A DNA stretch of 64,000 nt from contig OZ219871.1 of NCBI GenBank assembly GCA_964291495.2, positions 1,472,001 to 1,536,000 on the forward strand, in the 5' to 3' direction. The translations under genes and the position numbers were made by a program. This DNA is from Dehalococcoidia bacterium (GTDB lineage: Bacteria > Chloroflexota > Dehalococcoidia > UBA2979). This document shows, one piece after another, positions 57,652 to 64,000 of the stretch. The notes beneath the pieces were generated by a model that was given only the letters and a program-made list of their open reading frames with translations, made no database searches and was not told where the DNA came from. Each line of letters starts with the position of its first letter. The first letter of the stretch is position 1.

Positions 57652-60180
57652 TCAGACCTCGATCGGTGGTTCGGGCGGCGTCGGCGGGATGCCCGGCGGC
57701 GGGATCGGCGCGGCGCGCTCGACCGGGATCACGGCGGGTTCGCCGCCGCCGGCCGCGCCGCCCGGCAGCGCGCGCGCGTAGCGCTCGAGGGTGGCCTGCA
57801 CCTCGCCGAAGATCGTGTCCGCAGGGTAGCGGCCGTCCTCGCCCGGTTCGCCCGCCGGCTGACCCGTCAACACCTCGATGCCCTGCTCGATCGTCTCGAC
57901 GGCCCAGACGTGGAACTCGCCCCGCTCGATCGCCTCGGCCACCTCGGGGCGGAGCACGACGTTGTGGACGTTAGCGCGAGGGATCATCACGCCCTGCGTG
58001 CCGTCCAGGCCGCGCGAGCGGCAGACCTCGTAGAAGCCCTCGATCTTCGCCGTCGCCCCGCCGATCGGCTGCACCTCGCCGCGCTGGTTGAGCGAGCCGG
58101 TGACGGCGATCGACTGGTCGATCGGCGTCCCGGAGAGCGAGGAGAGCAGCGCGTACAGCTCTGTCGAGGAGGCCGAGTCGCCGTCGATGTCGCCGTAGAG
58201 CTGCTCGAAGGTGAGGCTGGCGTGCAGCGCCATCGCCTTGTCCTGCCCGAAGCGGTCCGCGAGGAAGCCGCGCAGGATCAGGAAGCCCTTGTTGTGCGTG
58301 CGCCCCGCCATGTCCGTCTCACGCTCGATGTTGACGATCGAGCCCCGCCCCGCCGAGGTGATGCAGGTGATGCGCGAGGGCCGCCCAAAGGTGATGTCGC
58401 CCAGGTTGTAGACGGAGAGCGCGTTGATCTGCCCGACCTTGTAGCCCTCCGTGTCGATGTAGATCGCGCCGTCGTCGATCAGCTGCTGCATGCGGTCGCG
58501 CACGAGCGAAGAGCGGTACTCGTGCTCCTCGAGGGCGCGGTCGACGTGCTGGCGCAGCACCTCGTGCGCGCCGTCCTGCACGGCCCAGAAGTCCGCCTGG
58601 CGGGCGATGTCGAGCAACTCGCCCATGTTGCCGGAGAGCCGCCGCTGATCCTCGACGCGGCGCGAGGCGTGCTCGATGACTCGCGCCGCCGCCTCGTCGC
58701 GGAAGCGGCGCATCCCGGCCAGGTGGCACTGGCGGTGAATGACCGAGGCGATCCCGAGCATGGTGTGCGCGTTGCGCTCGACGTCCACCTCGAAGTCGGC
58801 CTTCACGCGGAACAGCTCCCGGAAGTCCGGGTCGAGGCGGAACAGGTAGGCGTAGAGTCCCGGGTCGCCGACGATCACGACCTTCGTCTCGATCGGGGAG
58901 GGCGCCGGACGTAGCCCGGCGGGCGGGACCACGCCGAGCGCCTGCGCGCGCGACTCCGGCATCAGCTCGCCGGAGCTGAGGGCGCGCTTGAGGCCCTCGT
59001 AGGCGGCGGGATCCTGCAGCAGGTCGCGCATGCGCAGCATCAGGTAGCCGCCGCTCGCGAGGGCGAGCGAGCCGGGGCGGATCATCGTGTGATCCGTGAC
59101 CACCGTGCCGAACTGGCCGACGTACTCGATGCGGCCCAGCAGGTTCCCGAAGTTCGGGTTGTGCTCGCTGATCACCGGCGCGCCGCCGTCCGGGTCGTTG
59201 CTGATGAAGACGTTCACCTGATAGCGGCGCAGCAGCGCCTCGCGTTGTTGCGCCGGCCCCGGCAGGCCGGGCGGCTGCGGGGCGACCGGCTGCACCGCGC
59301 CTTGCTGCTCGCGGAAGCGGTCGCGCTCGCGCTGCATGTCGGCGCAGACCGCCTCGATGAAGCGCAGCGGTTCCGGCTCGTCGCGCCAGCGCTCCTGCAG
59401 CGGCTCGAAGAGGTGCTCGATCGCGAAGCGCGCCACCTGCTCGTCGAGCGCCTCGATGTGTTCCTGCGTCTCGCGTTGCACCCCGCGCATCGCGAGCAGC
59501 GCGTCCTGCACCAGCGGCTCCAGCTGCTCGCGCGAGCGCTCCTGGATCTGCTCGCGCTGCTCCGCCGGCAGCGCCGCCATCACCTCGTCACCCGCCGGCT
59601 GGCCGTCGATGATCGGCGCGGAGACGACGCCGCCCGGCGTCAGCTGCAGCGCGAAGCCGAGCTGCCCGGCCTGCTGCTGCAAGTCCTCCAGCATCGAGGC
59701 GCGGCGCTGCTCCTGCTCCTGCAGCACGGCGGAGCGCTGGCGGATGTACGAGTCGGCGTCGAACGCCTCGCGCAGCTCGGCGCTCGCGTGCTCCACGGCG
59801 CCGCGCATCGCCTCGGCGAAGGCGCGGCCCTCGCCGGCGGGCAGCTCAATCCCGTCCGGGCGATCCGGATCCTCGAAGTTGTGGACGTAGACCCAGTCCG
59901 GTGGCGCCGGGCGCGTCTCCGCGTAGCGTCTCAGGTAGGACTCGACGATCGAGGACTTGCCGATGCCGTCCGGCCCGGAGGCGTAGAGGTTGTAGCCGCG
60001 GGCCTCCATGCCGAGCGCGAACTCGATCGCGCGGACGGCGCGCTCCTGACCGAAGACGGCGTCCATGGCGTGCAGATCCGCGGTGCTCGCGAAGGGCAAC
60101 GAGGCGGGGTCGCAGCGGGCGGTCAACGCCTCGGCGCTCACCTCCCGGGCGTCTCGCCGCTCGCTCATCGTCTCGTCCAT
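57652..60180 (-). CDS. Lon-like ATP-dependent protease (LonB/LonC type)
   Basis: GQERA..A..F, GPDGIGKS, DWVYVHNF, FEQLYG.IDGDSAS (catalytic Ser), QPIGGATAKIEGF (Lys); start 60180 or 60168. Confidence 0.9.
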   Translation of the reverse strand: MDETMSERRDAREVSAEALTARCDPASLPFASTADLHAMDAVFGQERAVRAIEFALGMEARGYNLYASGPDGIGKSSIVESYLRRYAETRPAPPDWVYVHNFEDPDRPDGIELPAGEGRAFAEAMRGAVEHASAELREAFDADSYIRQRSAVLQEQEQRRASMLEDLQQQAGQLGFALQLTPGGVVSAPIIDGQPAGDEVMAALPAEQREQIQERSREQLEPLVQDALLAMRGVQRETQEHIEALDEQVARFAIEHLFEPLQERWRDEPEPLRFIEAVCADMQRERDRFREQQGAVQPVAPQPPGLPGPAQQREALLRRYQVNVFISNDPDGGAPVISEHNPNFGNLLGRIEYVGQFGTVVTDHTMIRPGSLALASGGYLMLRMRDLLQDPAAYEGLKRALSSGELMPESRAQALGVVPPAGLRPAPSPIETKVVIVGDPGLYAYLFRLDPDFRELFRVKADFEVDVERNAHTMLGIASVIHRQCHLAGMRRFRDEAAARVIEHASRRVEDQRRLSGNMGELLDIARQADFWAVQDGAHEVLRQHVDRALEEHEYRSSLVRDRMQQLIDDGAIYIDTEGYKVGQINALSVYNLGDITFGRPSRITCITSAGRGSIVNIERETDMAGRTHNKGFLILRGFLADRFGQDKAMALHASLTFEQLYGDIDGDSASSTELYALLSSLSGTPIDQSIAVTGSLNQRGEVQPIGGATAKIEGFYEVCRSRGLDGTQGVMIPRANVHNVVLRPEVAEAIERGEFHVWAVETIEQGIEVLTGQPAGEPGEDGRYPADTIFGEVQATLERYARALPGGAAGGGEPAVIPVERAAPIPPPGIPPTPPEPPIEV

Positions 60181-60292
60181 TCCGTGAGGTCGGCGACGCC
60201 GCGCGGTCGCGAGGGATCGTAGCACGGCGGGAGGCTCCCTCCGTGCTAGCCTTCGCGCCAGCGAGGACGACGCGGGTGGAGGGAGCCAGGCG

Positions 60293-61279
60293 ATGCGCGC
60301 TGCCGTCGTGACCGAACCGGGCGGACCGGAGGTGTTGCAGGTCGCCGAGATCGAGGATCCGGTTCCGGGGCCGGAGGAGGCGCTGGTCGCGGTCCACGCG
60401 AGCGCCCTCAACCGCGCCGACTTGATGCAGCGCCGCGGCGGCTATCCCGCGCCGCCGGGCATCCGCCCGGACGTGCCCGGCCTGGAGATGGCCGGCGTCG
60501 TCGAGGCGGTAGGCGAGCGCGTCCAGGCCTGGCAGCCCGGCGACCGCGTGATGGCGCTGATGGGCGGCGGCGGCTACGCCTCGAAGGCGATCGCGCACGA
60601 GCGACAGCTGATGGCGATCCCGGAGGGCCTGAGCTTCGAGCAGGCCGCGTCGATCCCCGAGGTCTACCTCACCGCCTTCGATGCGCTGTTCGGCCACTGC
60701 GAACTGGCGTCCGGCGAGTCCGTGCTGATCCACGCCGTCGGCTCAGGCGTCGGCACCGCCGCGGTGCAACTCGCCGCCCTCGAGGGCTGCCCCAGCTACG
60801 GCACGGCGAGCAGCGACGAGAAGCTGGCGAGCGCCGCCGGGCTCGGCCTCGACGTGGGCATCAACTACCAGCACGAGGACTTCGCCGAGGTGATCGCGGA
60901 GCGTACGGGCGGGCGCGGCGTGAACGTGATCCTCGACGTGGTCGGGGCGCCCTACTGGGATCGCAACATCGCCTCGCTGGCCGTGCGCGGCCGCCTCGTG
61001 CTGGTCGGCACGATGGGCGGCGCCAGGCTGGAGACGAACATCGCGGCGCTCATGCCGAAGCGGCTGCGGGTGCACGGCACGGTGCTGCGCGCGCGACCCC
61101 TCGAGGAGAAGCTGATCCTCAGCCAGCAGTTCGCGGCCCGCTACCTGCACCACTTCGAGACGGGACGGCTGCGCGCGGTGATCGACCGCGTCTTCCCCCT
61201 CGAGGACGCGGCGGGGGCGCACGCCTACATGGAGAGCAACGCCAACTTCGGCAAGATCGTGCTCAGCGTGGAGCAGTAG
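60293..61279 (+). CDS. NAD(P)H-quinone oxidoreductase (PIG3 family)
   Basis: LNRADLMQR.G.YP.PPG, GLE, HAVGSGVG, GKIVL. Confidence 0.92.
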   Translation: MRAAVVTEPGGPEVLQVAEIEDPVPGPEEALVAVHASALNRADLMQRRGGYPAPPGIRPDVPGLEMAGVVEAVGERVQAWQPGDRVMALMGGGGYASKAIAHERQLMAIPEGLSFEQAASIPEVYLTAFDALFGHCELASGESVLIHAVGSGVGTAAVQLAALEGCPSYGTASSDEKLASAAGLGLDVGINYQHEDFAEVIAERTGGRGVNVILDVVGAPYWDRNIASLAVRGRLVLVGTMGGARLETNIAALMPKRLRVHGTVLRARPLEEKLILSQQFAARYLHHFETGRLRAVIDRVFPLEDAAGAHAYMESNANFGKIVLSVEQ

Positions 61280-61299
61280 CGAACCGGATCCCTTCCCCC

Positions 61300-61920
61300 T
61301 CCGGTCCCCTCTCCCGCGAGGGGAGAGGGTGAGGGTGAGGGCCCGGCGCGCAGCGCCGCCACACCCCCATCCCGGTCGGGACGCGCTGCGCGCGGCTCGG
61401 CCCACCCACCCGCCCTCAATGGATGCGGGGCTGCGCCCCGCGCCCCGCTTCGTGGGGGCTGTGCCCCCACACCCCCACTCGGAGCTTCCGAGGGCGCACC
61501 GTCCGGCCCCTCTCCCTCGGCGAGAGGGCGGGCCCGCGATGCCCCCCGACTGGATTCCGGCTTTCGCCGGAATGACGGAAAGGGGAGCCGGAATGACGGG
61601 AAGGGGGGCGGAGTGACGTGAGGGAGCCGGACCGACCGCGAACGCCGGGTGCGCCCTCAAGAGCTGCGCCGCAGGCAACGGCCCACGGGGGGCGTGGGGG
61701 GCGTAGCCCCCCACAGAAAGAAAATCCGAGGGTGGGTGGGCGGGCCCGAGCTGCGCAGCGTGCTCGTCCGGGATGGGGGTGTGGGGGGCGCAGCCCCCCA
61801 GAACAGAACTGGCGCGAGGCTCCAGAAGTTGTTGCCCCTCGGACGTCCGGCGTGCTGGCGCGCCGCGGGCGCGCTCCCCCTCACCCCCGCCCTCTCCCGC
61901 GAGGGGAGAGGGGGCCGGAG
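61300..61920. repeat. Intergenic mosaic of repeat families A, B and C
   Basis: A at 61301 and 61878 in opposite orientation, B at 61551-61577, C modules at ~61400-61480 and ~61687-61800. Confidence 0.85.
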
Positions 61921-61940
61921 GTCAGGAGGGGCGAGCGGGG

Positions 61941-62141
61941 CTAGGCGTACTTCTCCGGCTCCGCCATGAAGCGCACGCGCGAGTCGAGGCTGGCGAAGTA
62001 GTACCACTGGCCGTTGTAGAAGTACTTCGTGCCCTTGTCGGGGTCGGACTGCCCGGCCCCGGAGGCGGTCTCGCTGACCGCGCGGTTCACCTCGTCCGTG
62101 TCGACCTCTTCGCCCGAGACCGGATCCAGCACCTTCGCCAT
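61941..62141 (-). CDS. YHS domain-like small protein
   Basis: DPVSG.EVD ... YNGQWYYFAS....RF.AEPEKY; RBS GGAGGG. Confidence 0.75.
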   Translation of the reverse strand: MAKVLDPVSGEEVDTDEVNRAVSETASGAGQSDPDKGTKYFYNGQWYYFASLDSRVRFMAEPEKYA

Positions 62142-62169
62142 GGTTCGCCCTCCGCGTTCGTCCTGCCGA

Positions 62170-63249
62170 CTAGTTGAAGACCGACGCCGCCACCGCGCCG
62201 AGCGACTCGCGGGGGTCGCCCCAGCGCAGCGCTGCTTCCTTGCCGCGGCGCGTGTGGAACTGCAGGTCGTACTCCGCCATGAAGCCCACGCCGCCGTGCA
62301 GCACGTGCCCCCAGTTTGTCGCGTCAGCCACCGAGCGCGCGACGACAGACTTCACCTTGGCGGCGTGCAGCGCGTCCACCTCGCCCCGGTCCAGCTTGTA
62401 GAGCTGCTCGTAGGCGAGGAAGCGCGAGGCGGTGACGCCGACCGCGGCGTCCGCGACGCGTCCCTGCACCGCCTCGAACGTCCCGATCGGCCGCCCGAAG
62501 GCGACGCGCACCTGGACGTAGCTGACGGTCATGTCCAGCGCCTTCTGGGCGTGCGCGTAGCACTCCAGCGAGGCGATCGCCGATCCGAGCACGCGCAGGT
62601 AGTCGACCGCCTCGGCGCCGCCGATCCAGCCCTCGACGCTCGCGCCGTCGTACGTCGCCGCCGCCTGCGGCGTCAGGCCGATGCCGGTCAGCGCCTCGGT
62701 CGAGACGCCGGCCTGATCGCGCGCCACGACGGCGAGGCCGGGCTCCCCGTCGCGCGTCGCGGCCACCAGGTGCAGGTCGCTGGTCGCGCCGAACTCCACG
62801 TAGCGCTTCGAGCCGCTCAGTGTCGCGCCGTCGGTCGTCGTCGCGATCTCGCCGTAGGGTCCGCCGTTGCCCTCGACCAGCGCCGGGGCGCAGGTGGCGC
62901 CCGCGGCGATGCGCGGCAGCAGCGAGGTCTGCAGCGCCGCGTCGCCGTGGCGCTGCACCGTCGCCGCGGCGAGCATCGTCTGCTGGTACGGAGAGAGCAG
63001 GGCGTGGCGGCAGAGCTGCTCGATCAGCACGCCGAGGTCAACGAGCTGCGCGCCCTGCCCGCCCTGCTCCTCGGCGATCGGCAGGCCGGTCCAGCCCAGC
63101 TCGACCATCTGGCTCCACAGCTCCTCGTCGGGCTCGCCCGCCCACTCGATCTGGCGCATCCGCGAGGCGGGCGCCTCGCGCTCGAGGAAGTCGTCCGCGC
63201 TGTCGCGGATCAGCTCTTGCAGGTCGCTCAGCCGGAGGTCCATCGCCAT
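62170..63249 (-). CDS. Acyl-CoA dehydrogenase family protein, second of a tandem pair
   Basis: ATG 63249; LGWTGL.I.E..GG.G, R.AFGRPIG.F.AV, HGGVGF..EYDL. Confidence 0.9.
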   Translation of the reverse strand: MAMDLRLSDLQELIRDSADDFLEREAPASRMRQIEWAGEPDEELWSQMVELGWTGLPIAEEQGGQGAQLVDLGVLIEQLCRHALLSPYQQTMLAAATVQRHGDAALQTSLLPRIAAGATCAPALVEGNGGPYGEIATTTDGATLSGSKRYVEFGATSDLHLVAATRDGEPGLAVVARDQAGVSTEALTGIGLTPQAAATYDGASVEGWIGGAEAVDYLRVLGSAIASLECYAHAQKALDMTVSYVQVRVAFGRPIGTFEAVQGRVADAAVGVTASRFLAYEQLYKLDRGEVDALHAAKVKSVVARSVADATNWGHVLHGGVGFMAEYDLQFHTRRGKEAALRWGDPRESLGAVAASVFN

Positions 63250-63260
63250 CGTGAAGCCTC

Positions 63261-64000
63261 CTAACCTCTCGGCAGCCCGAGGCCGCGCGTGGCGACGATG
63301 CGGCGCAGCACGTCGTTGGTGCCTCCGGCGAAGCGGTGCACCGAGGAACCGCGGTAGTTCTCCTCGAGCTTCCCGCCGAGCGGCGCCTCCTCGTTCTCGC
63401 GGCGCAGCGCCCCTTCGGGGCCGAGCAGGTCGAGGGCGAGGCTGTCGACGCGGTAGCGCGCCTCGGAGCCCCAGACCTTGACCATGGCGCCCTCCATCGT
63501 GGGGGTGATGCCGTTCTGCACCATGATCGCGTTGGTCATCGCCAGTGCCCGCGAGACCTCGCTGTCGACGGTCGCTTCGGCCAGCCTGGTGCGCACGACG
63601 ATGTCGTCCTTGAGCTCCGGCCGGTGCTCCTCGATGTGGTTCACGAGCGCGTCGACGCGGCGCTGGTAGAGGCTCTGGGGCTCGATCATGACGCGTTCGA
63701 GGTCGAGCGCGTTGGACATGTAGTACCAGCCGCGGTTGAGCTCGCCGAAGAGCGCGTCGGCTGGCAGCCGCACGTTGTCGAAGAAGGTCTCGCTGGTGAT
63801 GATCCGTCCCATCGTGCCCATCGGCCGGACGGTGATGCCCGGCACGCTGGTGGGGAAGATGAAGACGGAGATGCCTTGGTGTTTCGGCGCGTCGGGGTCC
63901 GTGCGGGCGGCCAGCCAGCCGTGCGTGGCGCTGCCGAACCCGCCGTAGATCTTCTGCCCGTTGATCACCCACTCGTCGCCGTCACGGGTCGCCCTCGTCT
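63261..64000 (-). CDS. Acyl-CoA dehydrogenase, 5' end outside the window
   Basis: INGQK, RTDPDAPKHQGIS, FFDNVR.P, GELNRGW, GGTNDVLR.IVATRGLGLPR. Confidence 0.9.
   Translation of the reverse strand, partial: TRATRDGDEWVINGQKIYGGFGSATHGWLAARTDPDAPKHQGISVFIFPTSVPGITVRPMGTMGRIITSETFFDNVRLPADALFGELNRGWYYMSNALDLERVMIEPQSLYQRRVDALVNHIEEHRPELKDDIVVRTRLAEATVDSEVSRALAMTNAIMVQNGITPTMEGAMVKVWGSEARYRVDSLALDLLGPEGALRRENEEAPLGGKLEENYRGSSVHRFAGGTNDVLRRIVATRGLGLPRG

Overview
GC-rich bacterial chromosomal window with about 65 protein-coding genes and no rRNA, tRNA, CRISPR array or IS transposase that I could recognise. Three luciferase-like monooxygenases, a double CaiB CoA-transferase, paired acyl-CoA dehydrogenases, family-5 substrate-binding proteins, a PAC2 protein and PGI/PMI suggest Chloroflexota (Dehalococcoidia/SAR202-like); this is inference only. 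Recognisable modules: a full SUF operon (sufR-C-B-D-Rieske-S-U-T), a Fur/Zur plus ZnuABC-like operon, an ECF sigma/anti-sigma pair, HigBA, methylmalonyl-CoA mutase large subunit, a Lon-like protease and an arylsulfatase. Best candidates for something new: (1) two tandem paralogous microproteins (10366-10632, 10696-10953) ending CCGNLGEPGC-TGA, each followed 12 nt later by an identical hairpin and an in-frame His-rich tail, which looks like a Cys-Sec selenoprotein family with a SECIS; (2) a GIY-YIG nuclease gene enclosed by perfect 31-bp inverted copies of a palindromic CGTC-type repeat that is also dispersed through the window, a RAYT/REPtron-like layout with a different enzyme; (3) a perfect CIRCE operator over the promoter of the PAC2 gene; (4) intergenic mosaics built from three repeat families, one with triplex/G-quadruplex potential. 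All calls were made by eye; no searches were run.
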